Part shown: one piece after another, positions 8,542-16,927 of the stretch
Layout: each line of letters begins with the position of its first letter
Numbering within the stretch: position 1 is the stretch's first letter
Assembly: GCA_005798855.1 (NCBI GenBank)
Contig: SYIF01000142.1
Span: forward strand, 1 to 59,246
Source of the DNA: Actinomycetota bacterium
GTDB taxonomy: Bacteria > Actinomycetota > Thermoleophilia > Gaiellales > F1-60-MAGs149
Direction of reading: 5' to 3'
DNA: 59,246 nucleotides
Notes under the pieces: model-generated
Databases searched by the model: none
Seen by the model: only the letters and a program-made list of their open reading frames with translations
Told to the model about the DNA's origin: nothing
Program-made: the position numbers and the translations under genes

Positions 8542-9459
8542 CTAGTGGAGGTAGGGCTTGATCGCTTCGCGCGCGATTAAGAAGCCGCGCTCGACGAGTT
8601 CGCGGGAACCCTCGAAGGACCGATCTTCATGCTCGACTGAGACGACGCCGTCGTAGCCGTGGCGGAATAGTGCAGCGATAAAGCGATCCCAGCGCACCTC
8701 GCCTAGGCCCGGGAGGCGTGGCACCTGCCAGCCCATGCCAAGGCTCATGACGCCCTCGTCGTAGAGTCCGTCGCGGTCGATTTCGAGATCCTTGGCATGC
8801 ACATGAAGGATCTTGGGAGCGAACTCGCGCACGACGCGCTCGATGTCGATCATCTGCCAAACGAGGTGCGAAGGGTCGAGGTTGAGACCAACGTCGTCGC
8901 CGGGCAGTACGCGAAACAGTTCGCGCCAGATCGCGGGCGAATACGCGAGGTTCTTGCCGCCAGGCCATTCGTCCTGCGAGAAGATCATCGGACAGTTCTC
9001 AAAGGCGACCGCGACGTTGTGCTCACGGGCAGAGGCGATCAGGGCGGGCCAGACGGCTTTGACATCCTCAAAAGCGTTCGGCATAGATTGGGCTGGATTG
9101 CGTCCGACGAAGGTGCCGACGACTTCGACACCAAGCAGGCTGGCGGCGCGAAAAACATGGGGAAGATGTTCGCGAGCCGCCTGCGCGGTGGCGGCATCCG
9201 GGTCGAAAACGTTCGGGTAAAAGCCGAGCGACGAGATCGACAACCCACGCTCGTCAAGGAGCGTGCGAATCGCCGCCGCCCCGTTGGCGTCCAGCGTCTC
9301 GGTTGGCACGTGGCAGACGCCGGAATAGCGACGCTCCGCACCATTGTCCGGCGGCCAGGCTGCCAACTCCAGAGCCTGATAGCCGTTAGCGGTCGCGAAA
9401 TCGGCCACCTCAGTCAGCGTTGCATCGGGAAAGGCTGCGGTGAAAAGTCCGAGGTGCAT
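8542..9459 (-). CDS. Sugar phosphate isomerase/epimerase (xylose isomerase-like TIM barrel)
   Basis: 305 aa, apparently intact. MHLGLFTAAFPD...GYQALELAAW at the N-terminus and HVHAKD / SVEHED metal-ligand motifs are present. The ATG is preceded by TAAGGAG. Confidence 0.8.
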   Translation of the reverse strand: MHLGLFTAAFPDATLTEVADFATANGYQALELAAWPPDNGAERRYSGVCHVPTETLDANGAAAIRTLLDERGLSISSLGFYPNVFDPDAATAQAAREHLPHVFRAASLLGVEVVGTFVGRNPAQSMPNAFEDVKAVWPALIASAREHNVAVAFENCPMIFSQDEWPGGKNLAYSPAIWRELFRVLPGDDVGLNLDPSHLVWQMIDIERVVREFAPKILHVHAKDLEIDRDGLYDEGVMSLGMGWQVPRLPGLGEVRWDRFIAALFRHGYDGVVSVEHEDRSFEGSRELVERGFLIAREAIKPYLH

Positions 9460-9469
9460 ACGATGCTCC

Positions 9470-10613
9470 TTATGTGCTGACGCGTGCCCAGGTACTGGAG
9501 GCTGCGCTGGCGAGAACGGCGTCGCCGATCAACACCTGATGAGTCCATCAGCGAATGTGGGTACGTGGGATGGGGGGACGGTTGACCAGCGAGGACGTCG
9601 GCGTAGACCGCGCGATAGAGCGCGCGGAAGGTATCGGGAAAGCCTTCAGCATGCCCACCTGGGTGCCAGGTCGACTGCTGTGCGAGTGGCGAGAGGAGGC
9701 TCGGGTCTCGCTGGCTCAATTCGGATGGGCGTCCGCGGTGCCCGATCCAGAGCTCGTCGGGTGTTTCGTTGCACCAAGCGAGCGCGTCGTTCGATCCGTC
9801 AACCTCAAGCCAGAGGCGATTTTTGCGACCGGGGCTGACCTGCGACAACGTGAAGGCGCCGCGACCGCCGCCTACAAAGCGCACGAGGAGGTTGGCGACA
9901 TCTTCGGTTCGAATCTGGTGTGACGTGGTGTCGCCATTTGCCGATGCGTAGGTTTCGACCGGGCCCGCAGGCGCGAGGCGGGTGGGGTGGACAGTGACGA
10001 GATCGGCCATCACACTCTCGACGGTCAGCCCCGAAACAAAGCTCGCGAGGTCGAGCCAGTGTGAGCCGATATCGCCAACGGCGCGTAGTGGGCCGCCGAT
10101 CGCGTCGTCGAGGCGCCAGTTCCAATCCGTGTCTTCGAGCAGCCAATCTTGAAGGTACGAACCCGAGACTAGGCGGATAGCGCCCGCCGATCCGCCGCGA
10201 ACCCGCGCCGCCATCTCTTGGGCCTGAGGGTAAAAGCGCTGATTGAAGTTGACGCAGTGCACGACACCGGCCGCATTGGCCGCGGCGAGGAGCGAGCGAG
10301 CGTCGTTTGACGACGTGGCCAGAGGTTTCTCGCAGACGACGGGCTTGCCGGCCGCGATCACGGCGTGCGCCTGAGCGGCATGCTGATTGTTCGGGCTGGT
10401 GATGTGAACAACGTCGACACTGTCGTCAGCGAGCAGCTCGTCAAGCGAGCCGTAGGAGTGGTGGACGCCAAGCTCGCTGGCGCGCAGGCGGCCGCGTTCG
10501 GGTGAGGACCCGAGCACGCCGGCGAGTTCGACGCCGAGGCGCCTCAAGGCATCGATGTGCACGGCTCCGATAAAGCCAGTGCCGATAACGGCTGCGCGGA
10601 TTCGTCAGTCCAT
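9470..10613 (-). pseudogene. Gfo/Idh/MocA-family NAD(P)-dependent oxidoreductase, disrupted (TGA at codon 3 plus two 1-nt deletions near the 3' end)
   Basis: The minus strand reads ATG GAC TGA CGA ATC CGC.. = M D stop R I R A A V I G T G F I G A V H I D. The Rossmann GxGxxG therefore lies upstream of the GTG used by the ORF track, behind a TGA at 10605-10607. At the 3' end the family C-terminus PTFADGL / HQVLIGDAVLASAASSTWARVST is spread over two other frames, with shifts at about 9559-9577 (a G6 run on the plus strand) and about 9539-9541. It ends at TAA 9472-9470, which overlaps the TAAGGAG Shine-Dalgarno of the next gene. The track ORF tail (..HSLMDSSGVDRRRRSRQ..) is out-of-frame read-through. 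Confidence 0.8.
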
Positions 10614-10667
10614 TCGGGAAAACACTACTGCCTCAAGCCCGTAGCTGTTGGCTGAGGAGATCGTCGA

Positions 10668-10738
10668 AAGCGGGTAACGAGGATCGAACTCGTATCACAG
10701 GCTTGGAAGGCCAGTGCTCTACCGTTGAGCTATACCCG
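10668..10738 (-). tRNA. tRNA-Gly (anticodon UCC)
   Basis: The 71-nt minus-strand sequence is GCGGGTA TA GCTC AACGGTA GAGC A CTGGC CTTCCAA GCCTG TGAT ACGAG TTCGATC CTCGT TACCCGC T. It forms a full cloverleaf with one T-T mismatch in the anticodon stem. CCA is not encoded. Confidence 0.9.
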
Positions 10739-10841
10739 CGGACGCGCCCAAGGGCGCTGTGTCTCGCAGATTCTACGCGGGTCGTACGGCGGGTGTAGCG
10801 TCAGCACACTGTCGGCTTCTAGTTGTGCAGAACATTAACAC

Positions 10842-10869
10842 TTGTATTCGGGACTAAATGTTGTATAAA
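10842..10869 (+). promoter_or_regulatory. Possible sigma-70-type promoter (TTGTAT-16 nt-TATAAA) in an AT-rich patch upstream of the ECF sigma gene
   Basis: Hexamers at 10842-10847 and 10864-10869 sit about 30 nt upstream of the ATG at 10900, which is preceded by GAAAGG. Hexamer match only. Confidence 0.3.
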
Positions 10870-10899
10870 TTCGGAAACGACGTGCAGAAAGGTCTCTTA

Positions 10900-11466
10900 A
10901 TGTCTGTCATCCGTTCCACCGATACTGATGAGTCGCTCGTGGCGCGCACCGCCGCGGGAGACATGGACGCTTACGCCGAATTGTACAAGCGGTACCTCCC
11001 CGTGGTGCGAGCCTTTGCTCGCCGCCGCACGGGTGACTTGGACCGAGCCGACGAGCTGACGCAGGAAATCTTTCTCGATGCGTGGCGCAGCGCCGGTCGC
11101 TACGACCCCAAGGTCGCGCCCGTTGGCGCTTGGATTCGCACGATCACCGCTCGCCGCACGGTCGACTGGACACGCCGAGCGGCGGTACGCCCCCCGCTTG
11201 CGCAGCATGAAGGACGCGAGGTGGTGGAAGACTCGCATGACAGCGAATTGGTTGATCGCCTCGACTTCACAGATGCGCTCAGGGAGCTGCCCGAGGCTCA
11301 ACGCGAAACGCTCGCGTTGGCCTTCTACGGTGATCTGACATATCCAGAGATCGCAGAGCGCACGAAAACGCCTCTCGGCACGGTCAAGAGTCGTGCACTG
11401 CTCGGAATGCGCCGCCTGTCAACCGCGTCGGTTGCACTGGATGCTCGTCCGAATGTTTCGCGGTAA
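10900..11466 (+). CDS. ECF-type RNA polymerase sigma factor (sigma-70 family group 4)
   Basis: It has region 2 (DAYAELYKRY..VRAFARRR..ADELTQEIFLDAW) and region 4 (LPEAQRETLALAFYGDLTYPEIAERTKTPLGTVKSR). I prefer the ATG at 10900 (SD GAAAGG) over the track start at 10858, whose first codons are atypically AT-rich. Confidence 0.85.
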   Translation: MSVIRSTDTDESLVARTAAGDMDAYAELYKRYLPVVRAFARRRTGDLDRADELTQEIFLDAWRSAGRYDPKVAPVGAWIRTITARRTVDWTRRAAVRPPLAQHEGREVVEDSHDSELVDRLDFTDALRELPEAQRETLALAFYGDLTYPEIAERTKTPLGTVKSRALLGMRRLSTASVALDARPNVSR

Positions 11467-11475
11467 TCTACGGCG

Positions 11476-12366
11476 ATGTCTGATGCACCCGTTTTGATCA
11501 CTGGTTCGACCGGTTTTATCGGCAGCCGATTGGCGCGACGACTCGTCAGCGCGGGCGTTCCGGTGCGCGCGCTCGTGCGGAGAGCATCGGCAACTGTCGT
11601 CCCGGGTGCAGAAGTTGTCGTCGGTGACCTGACCGATCGCGCATCGCTCGCTCGATCGTGTGAGGGAGCTTCGGCCGTGATTTCGTGTGCCGCTATTACG
11701 GGCGACAAGAAGGGCCCGTACGACCACGTCAATGACGAGGGAATTACCGCGCTGGCTCAGGTCGCCACCGCCGCGGGCGTTGGGCGCATGATTCATTTTG
11801 GCGGCATCGACACTGCGGGGCTCAAGCCAGGTCCGTATCTTGCGGGTCGTCGGCGTGGGGAAGAGGGCATTAAGGCCGCCGGTGTATTGTGGACGATCTT
11901 GCAGCCGTCGGTCCAGTTTGGACCAAGGTCACCATTTATTGCTGCGATGACTGGTCTCGTTCGCGGGCCCGTCGTTCCCGTGGCCGGCAATGGGCATACG
12001 CGGATTCAGCTGATCCATGTGGACGATGTCTGCCGAGCAGCACAGGAGTGCCTGACGGGCGATCAACGCCTCGGGCGCACCATCGAGCTCGGCGGACCAG
12101 AGGCTGTCGAATACGACGCGATGCTCGACATCATCGGCCGAAGCCTGGGCAAGGCGAAGGTGCGGAAAGTGCATGCGCCGATGGGCGTCGTCAAGTTGCA
12201 GGCCAGGGTGCTGCAGGTCTTGCCGGAGCCGCCCGTCACTCCGGCGGCCGTTGAATTGCTTGAGCACGACAACGTGGCGGCAACGCTAGACGGTGTGCAG
12301 ACCGAGTTCGGCTTTACCCCAGTTGGCTTTGCGGAGCACGTTGCCTCGCACGGCCTCGAACTCTGA
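11476..12366 (+). CDS. NAD(P)-binding atypical SDR (NmrA/NDUFA9-like epimerase/dehydratase fold)
   Basis: 296 aa. The N-terminal VLITGSTGFIGSRLARRL Rossmann motif is present. Confidence 0.75.
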   Translation: MSDAPVLITGSTGFIGSRLARRLVSAGVPVRALVRRASATVVPGAEVVVGDLTDRASLARSCEGASAVISCAAITGDKKGPYDHVNDEGITALAQVATAAGVGRMIHFGGIDTAGLKPGPYLAGRRRGEEGIKAAGVLWTILQPSVQFGPRSPFIAAMTGLVRGPVVPVAGNGHTRIQLIHVDDVCRAAQECLTGDQRLGRTIELGGPEAVEYDAMLDIIGRSLGKAKVRKVHAPMGVVKLQARVLQVLPEPPVTPAAVELLEHDNVAATLDGVQTEFGFTPVGFAEHVASHGLEL

Positions 12367-12380
12367 TCCGAACTCTGATC
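12357..12380 (+). repeat. Perfect tandem duplication of a 12-nt unit (CGAACTCTGATC x2) spanning the stop codon of the SDR gene
   Basis: 12357-12368 equals 12369-12380. Each copy carries an in-frame TGA (12364-12366 and 12376-12378). Confidence 0.9.
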
Positions 12381-12397
12381 GACGATACTGCGGCGCA

Positions 12398-12988
12398 ATG
12401 CGCCTGATTCTCGCCTCGACCTCGCCGCAACGACGTGCGATTCTGACCTCACTGAATGTCGACTTCGAGGTCGTTCCGCCAACCTATGACGAAGTACCCA
12501 TACGGGGGACACCGGAGCAGGTCGTGATGGAGCGAGCGCTTGGCAAGGCACTCTCGGTCGCAGCAATCACGCCTGCCAGGCCCGTGCTTGGCGTGGACAC
12601 CGAAGTGGTGATCGATGATGGTGACGTGCTTGGGCAGCCGGCTACCGCCGATGAGGCCCACGCGATGCTGTCGGTGCTGTCCGGTCGCGAGCATCGCGTG
12701 ATCTCTGGGATCGCGCTGATCGGAGCACAGCAGCAGGTGGCCTCTGCGGTGACGATCGTGCGACTCCGCAGTTTGAGTGACGACGAGATCACCGCCTACG
12801 TTGCAGGGGGTGAGTGGCAGGGGCGGGCAGGCGGTTATGCCATTCAAGAGTTGGGCGCCGAACTGGTCGCCGCAGTTGAGGGCGACACCAGCAACGTCGT
12901 TGGATTGCCCGTTGTTCTGCTCGAAGATTTACTCGCAGCCGAAGGCCTCAGCCTTCCGGTCGTGGGAGGGAATCCCGAAACAACGTAG
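12398..12988 (+). CDS. maf: Maf-like nucleoside-triphosphate pyrophosphatase (septum formation protein)
   Basis: [19 protein letters not shown].. is at the N-terminus, with ..GRAGGYAIQ and SNVVGLP motifs further on. The ATG at 12398 is chosen over the longer track ORF. Confidence 0.9.
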   Translation: MRLILASTSPQRRAILTSLNVDFEVVPPTYDEVPIRGTPEQVVMERALGKALSVAAITPARPVLGVDTEVVIDDGDVLGQPATADEAHAMLSVLSGREHRVISGIALIGAQQQVASAVTIVRLRSLSDDEITAYVAGGEWQGRAGGYAIQELGAELVAAVEGDTSNVVGLPVVLLEDLLAAEGLSLPVVGGNPETT

Positions 12989-13050
12989 AATCGGTGTCCA
13001 GAAGCGGCAACACGCGTCGCAAGGGGGATCTCATCGGTATCAGGAACTGG

Positions 13051-14088
13051 ATGTTTGGCTTCGGCAGCCGGGACATGGCGGTCGATCTCGGGACGGCGAA
13101 CACGCTCGTCTACGTGCGCGGGCGTGGCATTGTGCTGTCCGAGCCATCCGTGGTGGCACTTGATCAGATGACGCGTACCGTTCTCGCTGTCGGCATTGAG
13201 GCCAAGCGCATGCTCGGAAGAACTCCTGCATCGATTGTCGCAATTCGCCCACTCAAGGATGGCGTGATCGCCGACTTTGAGGTGACGGAAGAGATGCTCC
13301 GCCATTTCATCCACAAGGTCCACCAAAACCGCTGGGCCCATCCGCGCGTTGTTGTCTGCGTTCCTTCTGGTGTGACGGGTGTCGAGAAGCGCGCAGTTGA
13401 AGAGGCCGCGCTCTCTGCTGGCGCCCGCGTTGCCTACCTAATCGAAGAGCCGATGGCTGCCGCAATCGGCGCCGGGCTCCCTGTCTCGGAACCATCGGGC
13501 AACATGATCGTCGACATCGGCGGCGGTACGACTGAGGTTGCTGTCATCTCGCTCGGCGGCATCGTCGTGGCCCAATCGATCCGCGTTGGTGGCGACGAGC
13601 TCGACGAGGCAATCGTGAAGCACGTCCAGCGCAGCCACAAGTTGCTCGTCGGTACGCAGACGGCTGAGCAGGTCAAGATCGAGATCGGTAGCGCGTATCC
13701 GCGCTCCGACGAGGACACGCAGTGTGAGGTACGCGGACGCGACCTTGTGACGGGACTCCCGAAGACGGTGATTCTGACGGCCAGCGAAGTCCGAAGTGCT
13801 CTTGAGGAACCGTTGCTCTCTATCATCGGTGCGATCAAGTCGACGCTCGATCAGACGCCGCCAGAGCTGGCCGCTGACATCATGGATAAGGGCATCGTGC
13901 TAGCCGGTGGTGGTGCATTGCTGACCCGCATTGACGAACGAATTCGCGCGGAGACGCAGATGCCGGTGCAGATAGCCGAGTCGCCGTTGACCTGCGTCGC
14001 TGTGGGTTCGGGACGTTCGCTCGACGAGTTCGAGGTGCTCCAGCGCATGCACATGAATAACCGCGGGCGTCGTGCCCGGCGGCGCTAG
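13051..14088 (+). CDS. mreB: Rod-shape-determining actin homologue MreB
   Basis: It has [39 protein letters not shown] and LAGGGALL motifs. The ATG at 13051 (AGGA 5 nt upstream) is preferred to the track start at 12994. Confidence 0.93.
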   Translation: MFGFGSRDMAVDLGTANTLVYVRGRGIVLSEPSVVALDQMTRTVLAVGIEAKRMLGRTPASIVAIRPLKDGVIADFEVTEEMLRHFIHKVHQNRWAHPRVVVCVPSGVTGVEKRAVEEAALSAGARVAYLIEEPMAAAIGAGLPVSEPSGNMIVDIGGGTTEVAVISLGGIVVAQSIRVGGDELDEAIVKHVQRSHKLLVGTQTAEQVKIEIGSAYPRSDEDTQCEVRGRDLVTGLPKTVILTASEVRSALEEPLLSIIGAIKSTLDQTPPELAADIMDKGIVLAGGGALLTRIDERIRAETQMPVQIAESPLTCVAVGSGRSLDEFEVLQRMHMNNRGRRARRR

Positions 14089-14118
14089 CGATCGGCCCCT
14101 GCGAGAATACGGCCGATC

Positions 14119-15075
14119 ATGTCCTACCCAAGCGCATCCACCCCGGCAGAACCTGATACTCGTCCGCTCGCGGCCGGAGTTATCGGCGCGTCCGGGTATG
14201 CCGGGGCAGAGCTGGTGCGGCTACTGTCGGGCCACCCGTTTTTGCGTCCCGCAGTGCTCCAAGCGCGGTCTGAGGGTTTCGATGCGATTGACGCGAAGGC
14301 AGCCGCCGCGTGTGACGTTGTCTTCCTCGCGCTTCCGCACGGAGAGTCGCACGCGGTCGGCACCGAGCTGCTCGAGTTAGGCAGCCAGATTGTCGATCTT
14401 GGGTCGGACTTTCGCGTGGGCGGTTGGACGTATGGCATGCCGGAATTGCACCGTGAAAGCATCCGTGTAGCGCGGGCTGTTGCCAATCCCGGCTGCTATG
14501 CGACCGCCGCGATTCTTGGTCTTGCACCATTGGCTGCGGCTGGGCTGATTGATGGTCCTGTGCATCTCGACGGCAAATCTGGCGTCACGGGCGCAGGGCG
14601 TACGCCCTCGGAGAAAACCCATTTACCCGAGCTCTACAACGGCATTACGCCCTATTCGGTGACGGGCCACCGCCATCTTGCGGAGATCGAGCAGGAGCTC
14701 TCGGCTGTCGCCGGATCAACGTTGGCGGCGACGTTTGTACCGCACCTGCTGCCCACGAGCCGCGGCTTGCTCGCGACAGCCCACGTGCGCCTTCTCCAAC
14801 CGCTTGATCAGGCCGATATTGATGATCTCTATCGCGCTCGTTACGATAGCGAGCCGTTCGTGCACCTTGGTGGTCTACCGGCACCACAACGACTGGCGGG
14901 CACGAACGTCTGTTGGATAAACGCGTGGGTGGACGAGCGCACGGGCTCCGTGCTGGTTGAGTCGGCGCTGGACAACTTGGTTAAGGGTGCGGCCGGTCAA
15001 GCAATTCAAAACGCGAATATCATGCTCGGCTTGGAGGAGTCTGCAGGGCTGACGATGCGGGGCCTGTGGCCTTAG
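14119..15075 (+). CDS. argC: N-acetyl-gamma-glutamyl-phosphate reductase
   Basis: 318 aa. It has GASGYAGAELVRLL, the active-site segment NPGCYATA, and NLVKGAAGQAIQNAN. It heads an argCJBD block. Confidence 0.9.
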   Translation: MSYPSASTPAEPDTRPLAAGVIGASGYAGAELVRLLSGHPFLRPAVLQARSEGFDAIDAKAAAACDVVFLALPHGESHAVGTELLELGSQIVDLGSDFRVGGWTYGMPELHRESIRVARAVANPGCYATAAILGLAPLAAAGLIDGPVHLDGKSGVTGAGRTPSEKTHLPELYNGITPYSVTGHRHLAEIEQELSAVAGSTLAATFVPHLLPTSRGLLATAHVRLLQPLDQADIDDLYRARYDSEPFVHLGGLPAPQRLAGTNVCWINAWVDERTGSVLVESALDNLVKGAAGQAIQNANIMLGLEESAGLTMRGLWP

Positions 15076-16253
15076 GAATCACGTTTCCTCGGGGTTTCGT
15101 TGCCGCAGGTGTGGCGGCCGGGATTAAGGCATCCGGACGACCTGACGTCGCGATCATTGCCGCGACCGAGACCATTCCTGCTGCAGCCGTGTTCACACGC
15201 AGCGCGACGTCCGCACCACCCGTTGTTGTCTCGCGCGCTCACATCGCTCGTGGAACGACCCGTGCGATTGTGATCTCGAGTGGCAATGCCAACGCGGCAA
15301 CAGGCGAGCCTGGACGACGCGATGCCGAGCGCATGACCGTGCTCGTTGCTGCCGGGCTCGGATGCGACACCGAGCAGGTGCTTGTGGCCTCGACGGGCGT
15401 GATTGGCGTCCCGCTGCCGATGGACCTCGTTGAGCGGGGCATCGAACGAGCTTTAGCGAGTCTACGTGACGATGGCGGGGCGGACGCCGCGGTTGCGATC
15501 ACGACTACGGACGCCGCGCCAAAACAGGCCGAATGCGAAGTCGCAACTTCGATCGGAATGATTCGCGTGGGTGGTATCGCGAAGGGCGCTGGCATGATCC
15601 GCCCGGATCTCGGCACGATGATCGCTGTCGTCACGACCGATGCGCCGCTTGATTCTCTGCAGACGGAGAACGCGCTACGCGCGGCAGTCGACCGCACCTT
15701 TAACTGCATCACGGTTGATGGCTGCACCTCGACGTCGGATACGGTTGCGTTGCTCGCGAGTGGCGCGTGTGCTGGGGTCCTCACGGCCGGCGATCTGATC
15801 CTCGTTGGCTCGGCGATTGAGGCTGTCTGTGAAGACCTGGCGTTGCAGATCGTTCGCGATGGCGAAGGGGCACATCGCATCGCGCATTGGACCGTGACGG
15901 GCGCCAAAGACGACAGCGAGGCTCGCACTATTGCCTACGCCGTTGCTGAGGCCCAACTCGTGCGGTGCGCCCTCAATGGCGGCGACCCAAATTGGGGCCG
16001 TATCGTCGCAGCCCTTGGCGTGACTGGCTGTTCGATAGCGGCAGAGCGAATTGGCATCACGCTCGGTGGGCACGCGCTTTGCCGCGACGGTATGGCGGTC
16101 GACAGCGTAGATATAGCTGCCGTCAACGCGGCTGCCGCACTCGACACCGTGGAGATCGCGATTGAGCTTGGGGTGGGGGAGGGCACGGCAAGCATCTGGG
16201 CCTCCGACCTCTCAAAGCTGTACGTCGAACTGAACGCGGAGTACACAACGTGA
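15066..16253 (+). CDS. argJ: Bifunctional ornithine acetyltransferase / N-acetylglutamate synthase
   Basis: 395 aa. It has GFVAAGVAAGIK, the autoprocessing region GTMIAVVTTDA and LNAEYTT at the C-terminus. The GTG start overlaps the argC end. Confidence 0.9.
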   Translation: MALGITFPRGFVAAGVAAGIKASGRPDVAIIAATETIPAAAVFTRSATSAPPVVVSRAHIARGTTRAIVISSGNANAATGEPGRRDAERMTVLVAAGLGCDTEQVLVASTGVIGVPLPMDLVERGIERALASLRDDGGADAAVAITTTDAAPKQAECEVATSIGMIRVGGIAKGAGMIRPDLGTMIAVVTTDAPLDSLQTENALRAAVDRTFNCITVDGCTSTSDTVALLASGACAGVLTAGDLILVGSAIEAVCEDLALQIVRDGEGAHRIAHWTVTGAKDDSEARTIAYAVAEAQLVRCALNGGDPNWGRIVAALGVTGCSIAAERIGITLGGHALCRDGMAVDSVDIAAVNAAAALDTVEIAIELGVGEGTASIWASDLSKLYVELNAEYTT

Positions 16254-16927
16254 GCGGCGCACTCGTCGCCAAGCTTGGTGGGAATGCGCTTGCGCTGTTG
16301 CCTAACGCACTGGCCGCCGCCGACGGGCGACCGCTCGTCCTGGTCCACGGTGGTGGTGCGCAGATCACCGCACTGATGTCGCAGCGCGGCATTCCTGCGC
16401 GCTTTGTTGATGGCCGGCGCTTTACGGATTTGCCGACCCTGGCCTGCGTGCGCTTTGCGCTTGCGGATGTCTCTGACGAACTTGTTGCTGCGTTGCGGGT
16501 GGTGGGGCGCGAGGCTAAGGTGTTTCGGCAAGGCGAACTCCTGCAGTGCACCCGACGCGTTGACCTTGGTCTCGTTGGTGAGCCAGCAACAATCGCTGCC
16601 GATGCGATTTGGGCGGCGTGGGCTGCCGATCGGATTCCGTTGGTTGCTCCGATTGGTTGTGATCTCGATAGTCCCCGACTGCTCAATGTCAATGCCGATG
16701 ATGTGGCAGCGGCATTTGCGATTGGAGTCGAGGCCGACGAGCTGGCGTTTCTCTCGGATGTTCCGGGCGTGCTCGACGACGCAGGTGTCGTAATTCGACA
16801 AATCTCGGCTAGTGCGCCCCCAACGGTAACTGGTGGCATGTTGCCGAAACTGGAAGCCTGCGCTGCCGCGCTTGCCGGTGGTGTTCGCTGCGTGCGGATC
16901 GGTGTTGGCACGGAGGTGACGGCATGA
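16250..16927 (+). CDS. argB: Acetylglutamate kinase (compact form)
   Basis: 225 aa. It has KLGGNA, LVHGGG, NVNADDVAAA and GGMLPKLEA motifs, with a 4-nt overlap with argJ. Confidence 0.85.
   Translation: MSGALVAKLGGNALALLPNALAAADGRPLVLVHGGGAQITALMSQRGIPARFVDGRRFTDLPTLACVRFALADVSDELVAALRVVGREAKVFRQGELLQCTRRVDLGLVGEPATIAADAIWAAWAADRIPLVAPIGCDLDSPRLLNVNADDVAAAFAIGVEADELAFLSDVPGVLDDAGVVIRQISASAPPTVTGGMLPKLEACAAALAGGVRCVRIGVGTEVTA

Noticed and set aside
9414-9469. The 46-nt overlap between ORFs 9414..10562 and 8542..9459 as a genuine overlapping-gene arrangement.
   Set aside because: The overlapping tail (..HSLMDSSGVDRRRRSRQRSLQYLGTRQHIRSIVCTS..) is out-of-frame read-through after two 1-nt deletions. 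The family-typical C-terminus is recovered in another frame and stops at 9472-9470.
10605-10607. Programmed recoding (selenocysteine, or TGA/TAG read-through) as an explanation for the in-frame stops at 10605-10607 (TGA), 7032-7034 (TAG) and 5961-5963 (TAA).
   Set aside because: All three different stop codons are involved. Two of the genes also carry frameshifts. The TGA is at codon 3 of a Rossmann-fold dehydrogenase where no Sec is known, and no SECIS-like hairpin follows it. All other genes in the window terminate normally at these codons.
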